Source: an uncultured Methanolobus sp.
GTDB taxonomy: Archaea > Halobacteriota > Methanosarcinia > Methanosarcinales > Methanosarcinaceae
Reading direction: 5' to 3'
DNA: 64,000 bases
NCBI GenBank assembly: GCA_963675495.1
Contig: OY776215.1
Location: forward strand, 448,001 to 512,000
Below are positions 30,846 through 42,017 of this stretch, piece after piece. A program made the position numbers and the translations under genes. The notes under the pieces were generated by a model that was given only the letters and a program-made list of their open reading frames with translations, ran no database searches and was not told the origin of the DNA. Each line of letters starts with the position of its first letter. The stretch's first letter is position 1.

Positions 30846-31469
30846 ATGCCTTACGATTCAAGTGATGAAAACGAGGACTACGAGATAGAAGTCGTCGAGG
30901 AGTACATAGGGGATTACGGAAGTATCCACTCCATAGTGCGTGAGGCGTTACCATTTGAACTCATGGCAACCATTGGAGGAGTAATCTCAGGATTAATTCT
31001 CTCAGGAATGAGCAACGAACTGGAACTCATACCAGGATTAATTGTCATCACACCCGCTGTACTTGGCATGCGAGGGAATATATCCTGCACATTAGGCTCC
31101 CGTCTTGGAAGTGCCATACACATGGGTCTTATCACAAAGATAGACCGCAATCCCGAACTTATAAACAATGTTTCAGGGTCCCTCTTATTGAGTCTGATGA
31201 TGTCTTTTATACTTGGAATCGTGGGCCATCTGATAACCGTGGGCCTTGGCCTGCAAAGTGCAGGAGCATTCACCCTTACATTGATCGCTGTCATAGCAGG
31301 AGTATCCTCAGGACTCATTCTTGCATTCGTTGCGGTCCTGCTTGCTCTTGGTATGTTCCGCTTCGGATTCGATCCTGATAATGTAGTCACTCCTGCCATT
31401 GCCACTATTGGTGACATCGTATCCATGGTAATGCTCTTTCTGGCTGCAAAGGTGGTGCTTATGATATGA
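30846..31469 (+). CDS. MgtE-like divalent cation transporter membrane subunit
   Basis: GMRGNI..LGSRL and DPDNVVTP..TIGD motifs. Confidence 0.85.
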   Translation: MPYDSSDENEDYEIEVVEEYIGDYGSIHSIVREALPFELMATIGGVISGLILSGMSNELELIPGLIVITPAVLGMRGNISCTLGSRLGSAIHMGLITKIDRNPELINNVSGSLLLSLMMSFILGIVGHLITVGLGLQSAGAFTLTLIAVIAGVSSGLILAFVAVLLALGMFRFGFDPDNVVTPAIATIGDIVSMVMLFLAAKVVLMI

Positions 31470-32023
31470 GCTACTATACAGTCAAGGGAATTGTAGCCAG
31501 AGGGTTCCCCATTCTTCTAATCACATCGGTCATAGGAATACTAGCTGGCCAGGTACTCAATATTGAGATTGAGAAACTTATCTCCATGCCCATCATACTT
31601 GTACTCATACCTGCGCTGATCAAGATTGGCGGGGATACAGGAAGCATGCTAGGTGCAAGACTATCATCATCCTTTCACATGGGTCTTGGAAGTCATCTTC
31701 GAAGAAACCCGGTTGTCCGCAATAGTGTTCTTGCAGCACTTATAGTAGGCCTTGGTGCCTGCTTCTTTGTGGGTATAATAGTATGGATCACAGGAACAAT
31801 TCTTGGAATTGGACTTCCATTTATAACCCTCATGGCCCTGTGCCTTATAGCCGGCTCATTTGAGCTAATAGCTGTCTTTTCAGCCACCATCACGATCGCA
31901 TTTGCATCTCACAGGTTTGGGGTGGATCCCGATGACACAGTAATTCCGCTTATCGCCACCCTTGGCGACCTTATAGGTGTCATCGGAATATTCGCAACCA
32001 TAAATATCCTGAACCTAATCTAA
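31466..32023 (+). CDS. MgtE-like divalent cation transporter membrane subunit (second)
   Basis: GGDTGSMLGARL and DPDDTVIP..TLGD motifs; overlaps the upstream stop codon. Confidence 0.85.
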   Translation: MSYYTVKGIVARGFPILLITSVIGILAGQVLNIEIEKLISMPIILVLIPALIKIGGDTGSMLGARLSSSFHMGLGSHLRRNPVVRNSVLAALIVGLGACFFVGIIVWITGTILGIGLPFITLMALCLIAGSFELIAVFSATITIAFASHRFGVDPDDTVIPLIATLGDLIGVIGIFATINILNLI

Positions 32024-32080
32024 AATATAATATAATTTAAAACCAAATACAGATTAAGAATAAATGAACGGTAGAAATCT

Positions 32081-33292
32081 ATGAGTCCCAAGGAAATAAA
32101 ATATGTTCCACGCAATCTCAAAGACCTTTTAACAGAGATGAAGGATACATCAGAACTCATGGTAGACCTTGCATATTCAGCTATGGTCTATGATGATGAG
32201 GATATTGCAGAAGAAGTGATCCGCCTTGAAGAAAAGATGGATACACTTGATTATCACATGAAAATTGGAGCCATGCTCAGCACAAGACGTGTTGAAGAAG
32301 CAGAAGAGATGTCCGGTGTACTTCAGGTTGCCCGTGCATCGGAAAATATATCCAACGCAGCTGGTGACATTGCCAAAATAGTTCTAATGGATATGGGTAT
32401 CCCCAGGGAACTTAATCTTGCAATGAGGGAAGCTGACGAGACCATTGCCAGAGCAACTGTAGGCGAAGACTCGATAATTGCAGGCCGAAACCTGGAAGAT
32501 ATTGAATTCGATACTGAAGCCGGAATGTGGATAATCGCTATTCGCAGAAATGATGAATGGATATATGATCCGAGCCATAATACCCGCATAAGACCTGATG
32601 ATGTGCTTTTTGCACGTGGTCACGATGAAGGTGTTCCTCTTTTTATGGAACTTGTAACAAATATCAAGTATGTACCCAGGGAAATGCAGCATGAGAGATT
32701 CCTGATAGATCTTGAGAAAGCTGTTGATGTCATTGTGGAAATGAAGAACATGGGCGAACTTTCCGTAGGACTTGCCTATTCTGCCCTGTTATTTGATAAT
32801 GAAGATATTGCACATGAAGTGAAGGCTCTTGAATCCGAAATGGACTCCATGAAGCATGAGCTCCAACACTGGGTACTCGAAACTGCAAAACATGTTCCCG
32901 ATGTGAACATTCTTCGTGGACTCCTGCAGCTTGCAAATTCTGCTGAAGCGATCTCGGATGCCGCTTACACCATCGCAGATACAGTTCTCAGGGATATCGA
33001 TCTGCACCCGATAATCACCATAGCTGTCAGGGAATCTGACGAGGTTATCACCAAACTGATAGTTCAGGACTGCTCCCCTATAGTCGAAAAGACATTTGGT
33101 CAGTTAAAACTTGAAACTGAGACTGGCGTACATGTGATGGCCATTAAAAGAGGGGAAAGGTGGGTTTACAGACCTAACAAAAGAACAGTTGTCCATTCAG
33201 GGGATATACTCATAGCCAGAGGTTCACGCACAGGAGAAGAAGCATTGTTTGAAATGTGTGCTTGTCCACTTGACGATAAAAATAATTCCTGA
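32081..33292 (+). CDS. Tandem PhoU/TrkA-C domain protein
   Basis: Internally duplicated EMK...LAYSA helical unit, each followed by a TrkA-C unit (AI.R...P). Confidence 0.8.
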   Translation: MSPKEIKYVPRNLKDLLTEMKDTSELMVDLAYSAMVYDDEDIAEEVIRLEEKMDTLDYHMKIGAMLSTRRVEEAEEMSGVLQVARASENISNAAGDIAKIVLMDMGIPRELNLAMREADETIARATVGEDSIIAGRNLEDIEFDTEAGMWIIAIRRNDEWIYDPSHNTRIRPDDVLFARGHDEGVPLFMELVTNIKYVPREMQHERFLIDLEKAVDVIVEMKNMGELSVGLAYSALLFDNEDIAHEVKALESEMDSMKHELQHWVLETAKHVPDVNILRGLLQLANSAEAISDAAYTIADTVLRDIDLHPIITIAVRESDEVITKLIVQDCSPIVEKTFGQLKLETETGVHVMAIKRGERWVYRPNKRTVVHSGDILIARGSRTGEEALFEMCACPLDDKNNS

Positions 33293-33347
33293 TCGAATCG
33301 ATCAGGACATCATTTAATTTATTTAAAACGAATTCTCTTTTTTGACC

Positions 33348-34040
33348 TTATTTCAGTATCGTGACCGAGCCATCTTTATTGCCAATATAGACCTCGTCCG
33401 TATTGGTAAAGATGCCATGTTCAACAATGCCAGTGATCTGCGAAAGAACAGTAGACATAGCAATTGGGTCCTCAATTACACCAAAGCTTGCATCGATAAT
33501 GAAATTGCCATTGTCAGATATAACCGGTCCATCCTTTCTTGATGCGAGACGCAGTACAGGGTCTCCTCCGATCATCCTTATCTCTTTTGACACAAGTTCT
33601 TTTGCATAAGGAAGCACTTCCAGTGGAACATAGTGATTCAATTGTTCACTTACCTTTGAATCGTCAGCAACTATCACAAATCGCTTTGCAGAATGTGAAA
33701 CGACCTTCTCACGTGTGTGTGCAGCACCACCGCCTTTGATAACATTCAAGGCACCATCAACCTGATCAGCACCATCGATCGCGAGATCAAGCTCAGGATG
33801 TTCGGCAAGTGATGTCAGGGTAATACCTGCCTCAATAGCAAGCATTTCTGACTGGTATGAGGTCACAACTGCAATAATGTCAAGCCCGTCAGCAACACGC
33901 CTTCCAAGCTCGGCTATTGTGTAAGCTGTGGTCGAGCCGGTACCAAGACCGACTACCATACCATCTTTGACAAGGTCAGCAGCTGCAAATCCTGCAGCTT
34001 TTTTCTCAGGACTTTCTCCTGATGGATTCCTTTCTTTCAT
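33348..34040 (-). CDS. rpiA: Ribose-5-phosphate isomerase A
   Basis: GLGTGST, DGADQVD, IKGGGAA..REK and SDNGN motifs. Confidence 0.95.
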   Translation of the reverse strand: MKERNPSGESPEKKAAGFAAADLVKDGMVVGLGTGSTTAYTIAELGRRVADGLDIIAVVTSYQSEMLAIEAGITLTSLAEHPELDLAIDGADQVDGALNVIKGGGAAHTREKVVSHSAKRFVIVADDSKVSEQLNHYVPLEVLPYAKELVSKEIRMIGGDPVLRLASRKDGPVISDNGNFIIDASFGVIEDPIAMSTVLSQITGIVEHGIFTNTDEVYIGNKDGSVTILK

Positions 34041-34062
34041 AAAGATTCATCCTGTTAAATTA

Positions 34063-35394
34063 TTATGGGGAAAGTCTTCGCCTGTCTCTTGGGAAGAGTA
34101 CAACATCACGAATGTTCTCAACACCAAGCATGGTCATAACAAGCCTTTCACAGCCGATACCCCATCCTGCATGTGGAGGCATACCGTATCTGAAAGCCTT
34201 GAGATAGAACTCGAAGCCTTCTGGATCAAGACCCTGTGACTCGATCCTGCTTATAAGAAGCTCAGGAATGTGTATACGCTGTGCACCCGATGAGAGTTCC
34301 ATTGTCCTGTGCATCATGTCGAATCCCTTTGAAAGGATCGGGTTGTCCTCATAAGGCATTGCGTAGAACGGCTTTATCTCAGTTGGCCAGTCAATTATGA
34401 AATAGTGTGATTCACCGGTTTCTTTGAAAACATACTCACCAATGGTATGCTCGGCAGCAGTGCCAAGGTCGTCTCCCCAGTTAAGCATCTCGTCAGTGTT
34501 CGCATTGACGATCTCGATAGCTTCATCATAGGTCACTCTCTTGAACGGAAGTGCTGGTACCTTTAACTCGACATCAAGAACTGCAAGAGAATCGGATACA
34601 TTAGCGATTACCTGCTCATAGATGTATGCAACCATGTTCTCAAGGATTTCCATGACATCAAAGTGATCACAGAAACTTGCCTCAATATCAATGGATGTTG
34701 CTTCATTGAGGTGTCTGCGGGTGTCGTGCTCCTCTGCCCTGAAGATCGGGCCGATCTCAAATACCCTGTCAAGCCCACCAGACATAAGGATCTGCTTGAA
34801 GAGCTGAGGACTCTGGTTCAGGAAAGCTTCCCTGTCAAAGTATGTGATAGGGAAAAGGGATGTTCCACCTTCTGTTGCTGTTGCAACGACTTTTGGACTG
34901 GAGGTCTCAATGAACCCGGTATCTGTAAGGTAATCCCTGACAGCCTTAAGTACTTCATGTCTTATTCTGAAGATAGCTGTGGTCCTTTCCCTTCTAAGGT
35001 CGATGAACCTTGAATCAAGACGAGTGTCAAGTTCAGCTTCAACCTTTCCGGTTGTGTCCATTGGAAGTGGTGACTCTGCCTCGTTGAGAACTGTTATCTC
35101 ATCAGGGATGAGCTCATATCCATTTGGAGCCTTTCCTTCCGGCTTAACGCTACCTGTAACAGATACTACTGATTCTCTGACAAGCTTCCTTGCCTGGTCC
35201 AGAAGTTCCGGATCAGTCTTCTTTTTCACCAGTGTGATCTGGGCCCTTCCTTCACGGTCCCTGAGCACAACAAAACAAATTCCACCGAGGTCACGTACCT
35301 CATGTACCCATCCGGCGACAGTGACCTTCTGGTCACCCAGTTCCTCCGGGTTGATCTGTGACGTATAATGCGTTCTAAGAGCTGCTAATGACAT
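34063..35394 (-). CDS. aspS: Aspartate--tRNA ligase (archaeal type, probably non-discriminating)
   Basis: N-terminal OB fold; [20 protein letters not shown] and GIGCERL class II motifs. Confidence 0.95.
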   Translation of the reverse strand: MSLAALRTHYTSQINPEELGDQKVTVAGWVHEVRDLGGICFVVLRDREGRAQITLVKKKTDPELLDQARKLVRESVVSVTGSVKPEGKAPNGYELIPDEITVLNEAESPLPMDTTGKVEAELDTRLDSRFIDLRRERTTAIFRIRHEVLKAVRDYLTDTGFIETSSPKVVATATEGGTSLFPITYFDREAFLNQSPQLFKQILMSGGLDRVFEIGPIFRAEEHDTRRHLNEATSIDIEASFCDHFDVMEILENMVAYIYEQVIANVSDSLAVLDVELKVPALPFKRVTYDEAIEIVNANTDEMLNWGDDLGTAAEHTIGEYVFKETGESHYFIIDWPTEIKPFYAMPYEDNPILSKGFDMMHRTMELSSGAQRIHIPELLISRIESQGLDPEGFEFYLKAFRYGMPPHAGWGIGCERLVMTMLGVENIRDVVLFPRDRRRLSP

Positions 35395-35450
35395 ATATTC
35401 ACCTGATTTAACTAATATTATTGTAATAACTGATTTGCTTCAATACCTAA

Positions 35451-35466
35451 TTTATGCGTTATAAAC
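35451..35466. repeat. attL core TTTATGCGTTATAAAC (overlaps the putative aspS TATA box)
   Basis: Identical to 63464-63479; the minus strand reads GTTTATAACG ~65 nt upstream of the aspS ATG. Confidence 0.85.
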
Positions 35467-35544
35467 GTTTCCCAATAACGGTTTAGCCCCAAATGTTTAT
35501 ATAGTCAAAATGTCTCGGCTATATAAAGAAAGGAGACAAAAACC

Positions 35545-37005
35545 ATGCCTAAAGATTTTGAAACACAGATTCAAGAATACATCGATGCTATAAAAAACCC
35601 AGACCAAAAAAAATCGATTATCAAATTTGTGAGATATTGTAAAGACTCAGGTAAATCAACACATAAAGGTAAGCCACAATCCCTAAAAACAGTATATTAT
35701 AAGGTGATGTGTGCAACAGCAATTGGCGCAATATATGACAAACCTTTCAACGAGTTCACAAGGGGAGACCTTGAAGACTACGTGGATTCAGATGAATTCC
35801 GTCTATATAAGAAGGTTGGAAAGGATGGAAAGCGGAAAGAGGTTGCACAATCATCACTACAAGCCTACAAGATGCACTTACGAACCTTCTTCAAGTGGGT
35901 GCACTATGGTCGTGACCGTCAGAAAATGAGAAAGGCAATATATCCTGATGTGGTTGATTGGATTGAAATCCAACTAATTAAAAAGGAAACACGGCCAGAA
36001 GACCTGTTTACCGAAGAAGAGACCTTCAATATGATTAACGGTTGTGACAGGCTCAGAGACCAGCTTTTCATTGCTTTGCTCTATGATACTGGTGGTCGTC
36101 TTGGTGAAATCCTTGATTTGACAGAGGATAGAGTAAAATCAGATTCATATGGGTTCCTTATCCACGTTGATGGAAAAACAGGTATGCGAAATATCAGACT
36201 TTATATGTCAGTTCCATATGTGAAACAGTATCTTCAAACACCTGTTCGTGGTAGACATCTAATCCATACTGTACATGGTAGAATGAGTGATAGCCACGCC
36301 GAAAATATCATCAAAAAAGCTGCAAAAGATGCCGGAATAACACGAGGGGTTTACCCTCATTTGTTCCGTCACACTACGGCAACGAGACTCGCTTCAAAGC
36401 TCACAGAGCCAGAGTTGAAGGCGTTTGCCGGATGGACACCAAGTTCTCAGATGACCGGGCACTACGTCCACATGAACGGTGAGAGAATCGATTCAAGGAT
36501 GAGGGAAATCTATGGAATGAAAGAAGCGGAAGAAGATACTCCATCAATCCTTGCGCCTCAGACTTGTTCACGCTGTCAAGAAATCAACGTAGCTACAAAG
36601 CAGTATTGTAAAAAGTGCGGTTTTAACCTGAAGGATGATATACCATTTGAAAGTGAAGCTGACCTTATGAAGAAGGAATCGGAAAAACAAAATGTCAAGA
36701 TGGAATTGATGCAACGCAACATTGACATGATGCAAAAGAAATTCGAAGAATCGTTGAGGATACGACAATATGAAAGAGATAATGCACCTGTATTGACACC
36801 AGAGCAGCAACGGAAACAAGCTGACGATGTAGCAAGATTACAGGTGCTCTTATCAGGTGAAATTCCACCTCACACACCTTCTAGGGAAGAAATTGAATTT
36901 GATATTGGCACACTAAGGATGTGTCCACAATCATCTGAACGAGACAAAATGTTGCGAGCTTTGCAATCCACGCTGTCATCTCAGGAAGCATCTACAACAG
37001 CGTGA
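35545..37005 (+). CDS. Tyrosine integrase with C-terminal zinc ribbon
   Basis: YDTGGR (R), DGKTG (K), HLFRH, AGW and HYVH (Y); CSRC..CKKCG ribbon. Confidence 0.92.
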   Translation: MPKDFETQIQEYIDAIKNPDQKKSIIKFVRYCKDSGKSTHKGKPQSLKTVYYKVMCATAIGAIYDKPFNEFTRGDLEDYVDSDEFRLYKKVGKDGKRKEVAQSSLQAYKMHLRTFFKWVHYGRDRQKMRKAIYPDVVDWIEIQLIKKETRPEDLFTEEETFNMINGCDRLRDQLFIALLYDTGGRLGEILDLTEDRVKSDSYGFLIHVDGKTGMRNIRLYMSVPYVKQYLQTPVRGRHLIHTVHGRMSDSHAENIIKKAAKDAGITRGVYPHLFRHTTATRLASKLTEPELKAFAGWTPSSQMTGHYVHMNGERIDSRMREIYGMKEAEEDTPSILAPQTCSRCQEINVATKQYCKKCGFNLKDDIPFESEADLMKKESEKQNVKMELMQRNIDMMQKKFEESLRIRQYERDNAPVLTPEQQRKQADDVARLQVLLSGEIPPHTPSREEIEFDIGTLRMCPQSSERDKMLRALQSTLSSQEASTTA

Positions 37006-37308
37006 GTGGGGTTCATCCCTCTCCTTCTTTTTTTTATTACCCTTATCAAATAAATAAACACATTTGACGATGTCTTTTTGGCACCCAACATGCTTCGCAA
37101 ATATCAATCACACGACCACTGAACAGTATAAAGCTACCGGTTTCGTTTCTTTTATTTTTTGATTATTATTTTAACAAAATATACACGTATAGCTTAAAGG
37201 AAACGCAATCAGTCGCCACGGTGCGCTTCACAAACGCTTAAATAGACCTTCGCATATACAGAGGTTTGCAGGAAACAAACTGCAATTATTAATGAAGGAG
37301 TAATAAAT

Positions 37309-37863
37309 ATGACAAAAGTAATAACCCGTGGGATATCATTCCAGCCTGCTGTATTCGATTTGATAGAGCAAAAAAGAGGTCAAAGGTTGAGAAGTAAGTA
37401 TGTAAATGGAATTCTCGAAGAGCATTTTAAATTGCTAGATGAAATGAACATTTTGAGAAAAAGAGTGAAGAATATGAACACGGTAACCGGACATCGGTTT
37501 GTACTAATACCAGCAGCGTATGATGATTTCGGTGAATTAAAATATGTATTGAACGATGCTACGTATCACACGTCAAATGAAGATTTAGATTTTAGTTTCA
37601 GTCTCCGATTGGACGACATGTGGTTTCACATACTCACTGTAAAAGCTATATATCAAGATGAAATTATTCACGAATGTGATTTTTGCTATGATGACTTTTT
37701 GAAAGCAAAATCAAAGTCAAAATCGGAGTTCATCAGTCAGATTGAACACAATTCGGATATGAATATTAAGAGTAAGGAAATAACAAAATGTCTGGATGAT
37801 GCTGTATTGAAGTTCCAAAGAGATGAAGAAATCCATTATCACGAACTGAGAAAAGAAATATGA
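37309..37863 (+). CDS. Hypothetical protein with N-terminal ribbon-helix-helix-like segment
   Basis: TRGISFQPAVFDLIEQKRG..RSKYVNGILEE resembles CopG/RHH; GGAG RBS; lies directly upstream of the Rep-like gene. Confidence 0.5.
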   Translation: MTKVITRGISFQPAVFDLIEQKRGQRLRSKYVNGILEEHFKLLDEMNILRKRVKNMNTVTGHRFVLIPAAYDDFGELKYVLNDATYHTSNEDLDFSFSLRLDDMWFHILTVKAIYQDEIIHECDFCYDDFLKAKSKSKSEFISQIEHNSDMNIKSKEITKCLDDAVLKFQRDEEIHYHELRKEI

Positions 37864-37912
37864 AGTCACCGATTTTTGCCCCCGGTGACTTGCATAAAAA
37901 CATTGTGATAGA

Positions 37913-40561
37913 ATGAATAGTATTAACATAGGTGCATATAAATGTACCGCTGATACAGTACACAGTACTGTTTGCTTTAATAGCACTGAGTTTGATGCTG
38001 ACGTTAATATTGCTCCCAGCAGCAACGACCCACGAAATATCGCAGCATTCAACATTCTAAGCCAAACTCAAAATGCCGTAAATTTATGCCACAAGACAAC
38101 ACGTTGTGGTGGTACTACTTCAACAATAATGGAAATTCTCAATCAGGGTGAAACATTTCTAGCTATCGTACCGACAACAGATATCGGCAAAAAGACCATT
38201 CAAAAAGCAGCAACGGATTTCATCGAGAAGCCACGTGATGCGGTGTACCACGTTCCTCCTAATCGTGAATGCCCGGATATTAAAAGTTTATATAAAAACT
38301 ATCCATATCTAGAAGAATTACCCTTCCTACTTCTGGGCAATTGCAATGAGTGCTTAGAATCCGGTACAAAAAGTCCACAAAATCTGTTGAAGTATATCCG
38401 TTGCCCAATAATGAAGGCTGCAAACTCTGTAGCCTCAAAGACTAGTTATTCCGTAACAATTCAAAAACTAGCAGCGATTCTTCTTTCGAAATACAAAAAA
38501 ATGTCAGCACCGGATGATGGGCGTCCTAAAAAGCTTAATGCAGCTGAGAGGTTTTACTTCCAATTTAATTTTGTGAACACTATTCTCATTGATGAATGCC
38601 ATAAATTCTTAACTGAAAAAACCTCAACAATTGAAGCTGCTATATTTGAAAAAGGCAAATCGTTTCATTTCGATACTGCTCAATATGATTTCCTTTTTTC
38701 ATTTGATAAATACGAAGCTCTCAAAGAAATGGTATTAAATTTCAAGAAAATTTGGAATCAAGAAACTCTTACTGAATCAATAGAAAAAGCTATGGAAGAA
38801 GGTAAGAGTGACATCAAACCGCGTGGAAAGAAGTATTCAAATGTAGTGAAAAACGAATTCATAATTGATGATTCAATAGAATTTGTGTCATCCATATTTG
38901 GGGAAATTGAAGATTTGGTTATTGAATTATCTGACAAAGGCACGATAAAAGATAAAATAAATAGCATCGCCACTTTATATGAGATTTTAAGCTTTACCTT
39001 TGCTGAAAATATACAGGTGACTTACAAATTAGAAAAGATTGCTGTTGACCTCGATAAAGACAAATACCGAGAAAAAATAACAATTATGAATACTGTCATA
39101 GACCCATTGTATAACATGCTTTTAGAAGATTTTGTGCAGGACATGGCTAGTAAGAGGAAACGCATTATCTTTACTTCAGCAACTCCAGCCGGCTGGTATG
39201 ATTACAACCAATGTTGCCCACCAAATCGAGTGATAAATAATATTCTGTTTGGTGAAAATGGAGACCCCCTTAAAACAAATGACATATTCTATATTGTACC
39301 CGACACTCGAAAATTGAGAGGATGGGGAAATGATTCTCTGTATAAAAAGTCGGTGCGAGAAAAATATGCCCAGCGAATAATTCAAATTATAGAGATGTAT
39401 GGGCCTGAAAACTGTCTTATTGTAGCTATGAACAAGAAGATGGCATCCTACATAGAAAAAAATCTCAAAGACATGGGCCATCCATGTTCTGTAGATTACT
39501 ACAATTCTAAAAATATGATTGGCGTTGAATCAGATTCAAGGGTGATGATTGCCCTTGGTCGAGCAGAAAAACCAGGAGATGCATACGACCTATTCACAGA
39601 TTCCGAGATTAAATCCGAAAATAGGAGATTGGAGACAGTACATGCTGACACCTTTCAAGCATGGTCCCGAGTTAAAGACCCAAATGGCAAGGTTCCTTCA
39701 ATCGTGTTCGCACTCGGATGCACTTACAAGCAATGCGTGAATGTATGCAAGTGGGGCTATGGTCGAGAAGTAGAGCACATCAAAACAATTCCTTTCAACA
39801 AAGAGAATGTTACAATCGTTCATCTCCGGGAAAACTGTATTTCAGTACCACAAATAATTAAACCAAAACTCAAAGGTCGTAACATTGATTTCCCTACAAC
39901 TCTTGATTCCATGGCACTTTATAAAAAACCATCCGAAGAATTTTGGTCTTCAGTCTGTATAGATATATATACAGACTCAAGCATCCAATACTTCGAAAAT
40001 ATATATTTAAACACTTGCTCAGATTCTTTCCCAAATATCTTTGCTAAACTTTATGGAACGGATTCTCTTCTTTGTGACATCATGGATGCCGATGTCTCAT
40101 TACTGGAGTCAAAGATACCTATCACAAATGAAGTAATCCGGGACCACATTGAAGGTAGGAAACAAATCCATGGCTACCTGCTTCATTCAGGTATCAAAAC
40201 GAACGCAGTTTGTGTAGAGTTTTCTGATAAACAAAGCCTAATACGTTTCCGAGGATTCCTCGATTTGCTGGAACCAACGATAAAGACTTTGCTAACCGAA
40301 GAAGATGGTTCATACAACGTTTGGTTCTTCTTCAATGAAACAACAGCAAAAGATGCAATTAATTTTGTGAAAGACCTATTGAATTCAGAGGTGCTTGATT
40401 TCAAAAATAAAGATTACAAAATTTATCCAACACAGTCGTGCAAGAATAGCAAGGGAATCGGGGGACCTGTTTTGCTTCCCTTCTTTGATGCATATCAGAA
40501 TGGCAAAATGGATGACATTGAAGTTAATATCTTTCACGTATGCTCAGACAAGCAGGAATGA
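37913..40561 (+). CDS. Putative replication protein: divergent SF2-helicase-like domain plus C-terminal AEP-primase-like domain
   Basis: TTRCGGTT (degenerate Walker A), ILIDECH, FTSATP, QAWSR; C-terminus HIEG..IHGY..VCVEF..NVWFFF..YPTQ..GIGGPVLLP. Confidence 0.55.
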   Translation: MNSINIGAYKCTADTVHSTVCFNSTEFDADVNIAPSSNDPRNIAAFNILSQTQNAVNLCHKTTRCGGTTSTIMEILNQGETFLAIVPTTDIGKKTIQKAATDFIEKPRDAVYHVPPNRECPDIKSLYKNYPYLEELPFLLLGNCNECLESGTKSPQNLLKYIRCPIMKAANSVASKTSYSVTIQKLAAILLSKYKKMSAPDDGRPKKLNAAERFYFQFNFVNTILIDECHKFLTEKTSTIEAAIFEKGKSFHFDTAQYDFLFSFDKYEALKEMVLNFKKIWNQETLTESIEKAMEEGKSDIKPRGKKYSNVVKNEFIIDDSIEFVSSIFGEIEDLVIELSDKGTIKDKINSIATLYEILSFTFAENIQVTYKLEKIAVDLDKDKYREKITIMNTVIDPLYNMLLEDFVQDMASKRKRIIFTSATPAGWYDYNQCCPPNRVINNILFGENGDPLKTNDIFYIVPDTRKLRGWGNDSLYKKSVREKYAQRIIQIIEMYGPENCLIVAMNKKMASYIEKNLKDMGHPCSVDYYNSKNMIGVESDSRVMIALGRAEKPGDAYDLFTDSEIKSENRRLETVHADTFQAWSRVKDPNGKVPSIVFALGCTYKQCVNVCKWGYGREVEHIKTIPFNKENVTIVHLRENCISVPQIIKPKLKGRNIDFPTTLDSMALYKKPSEEFWSSVCIDIYTDSSIQYFENIYLNTCSDSFPNIFAKLYGTDSLLCDIMDADVSLLESKIPITNEVIRDHIEGRKQIHGYLLHSGIKTNAVCVEFSDKQSLIRFRGFLDLLEPTIKTLLTEEDGSYNVWFFFNETTAKDAINFVKDLLNSEVLDFKNKDYKIYPTQSCKNSKGIGGPVLLPFFDAYQNGKMDDIEVNIFHVCSDKQE

Positions 40562-40756
40562 AATAAGTCATGCAATCACCCTCATCCCTTACACGTCTCT
40601 TTGATTTGAGAATTTTTAAGTTAATCTTAATCAATACCTTTTGAGACCTTCTCAGAATAATCAGGGTAAAGTGTGCGGGTTTATCAGATTTAAATTAAAA
40701 GACGCACCTCTTTCCAGGAACAGCATTTGCCATCCTGTACGCAATACCTTCAAAGC

Positions 40757-40960
40757 CTAGTGAAATTTGATGGGCAAACAGTGCCTCTCTATGAGCTTCT
40801 GATTCAACCAATCAAGCTCTTCTGAACTAAGCAAATACTCCTCACCTATGTAGAATAACTTATCTTCCAGCATGTAACCCTTTTTCGCCAATAGGTCGAA
40901 CATCCCAGCATGACGTTTCTGCACAGCATCGCCGTGTTTTTTATAATTCTCCCGAGTCAA
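40757..40960 (-). CDS. Small hypothetical protein (5' end possibly frameshifted)
   Basis: 67-aa ORF; an upstream ATG (40994) would join the frame if an A7 run were A6. Confidence 0.35.
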   Translation of the reverse strand: MTRENYKKHGDAVQKRHAGMFDLLAKKGYMLEDKLFYIGEEYLLSSEELDWLNQKLIERHCLPIKFH

Positions 40961-41602
40961 TCGACCAGCTTCGACGGGCGTTTTTTTGTTTCATAATCCA
41001 CTATTTATTTGCATTGCAAATAAATTTTGCCTATTGATTTTGTCCCCAAAATACCTTCTTCTAAGCATTTGAAATAGTGACACAGGGGTTTGTACAGATT
41101 GATGATTGAAATCACCGTGATGGGTAAAATTCACAAGAATATAGCATGAATATGATGAATCAATTAACCCAAAAAATCCCGTCAACGCCCCTCACAATTC
41201 ATTCAATATCAATGACCTTGTGCCCAAAATCGGCATAGCACTCAACCATCCACAGTCAGTATTATATTCTGAAGTTAGTAACGTATCCATGTTTCAACAT
41301 CTCAGTCATTCCATGAATCAGTAAACACGAACCTCGTGCCAGGAAAGCACATTTTCATTTAATAATTAAATACTGCACATATCCGAGACGCCGTTGGGTA
41401 TTTGTTCACACTCCATTCAATTTCCTAAAATCACCACATCCTTCAACCACGACAGCAGAAGAAGTTTTGCAAATAACCTAAACGCCTATCACTTTTGATT
41501 TCTATCATCCAAGTACCTGAATATCATCGTAAACACTTTTTGCACTTCAAGTCTCAACAGACTGATAAATAGTATCACATCATCCTCAAATACGGTGATT
41601 AA

Positions 41603-42010
41603 ATGACTGAAAAAATTGGAAGAAACGACCCTTGTCCATGTGGTTCTGGTAAGAAGTACAAGAAATGTTGCATGGGTAAAGACAAAGAACAGAAAAAAGA
41701 ATTCCTTGAAAAAGTGGAGAGCATGAACCGGATAAGCATGTCAGCAGGTCTTGCAGGTCGTGATAAAGATATATTCGACTCTAAGGAAGAAATCCTTGAG
41801 TCCATACGTGCTGAAGGGCTTGAACCAGTAACCACTGAAGAAACCTACGATATAGATGATGAACCTGTCACTACTTTGACAGTTGAGTTATACTGCAAGC
41901 ATGGTCATTCTGAAGTAGAAAGAGTCTATGTTCTTCTGGATGATGGCAAGTGGGAGTTAATCGAAGAAGGATATGGTACACCATGTCCTGAATGTGAGAA
42001 TGAAGAGTAA
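41603..42010 (+). CDS. SEC-C motif protein
   Basis: [18 protein letters not shown]; C-terminal CKHGH..CPEC. Confidence 0.8.
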   Translation: MTEKIGRNDPCPCGSGKKYKKCCMGKDKEQKKEFLEKVESMNRISMSAGLAGRDKDIFDSKEEILESIRAEGLEPVTTEETYDIDDEPVTTLTVELYCKHGHSEVERVYVLLDDGKWELIEEGYGTPCPECENEE

Positions 42011-42017
42011 TTGGCTA

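Noticed and set aside
337-35368. Numerous 60-190 aa antisense or overlapping ORFs in the track
   Set aside because: They are shadows of well-supported genes on the other strand or frame and carry no motifs.
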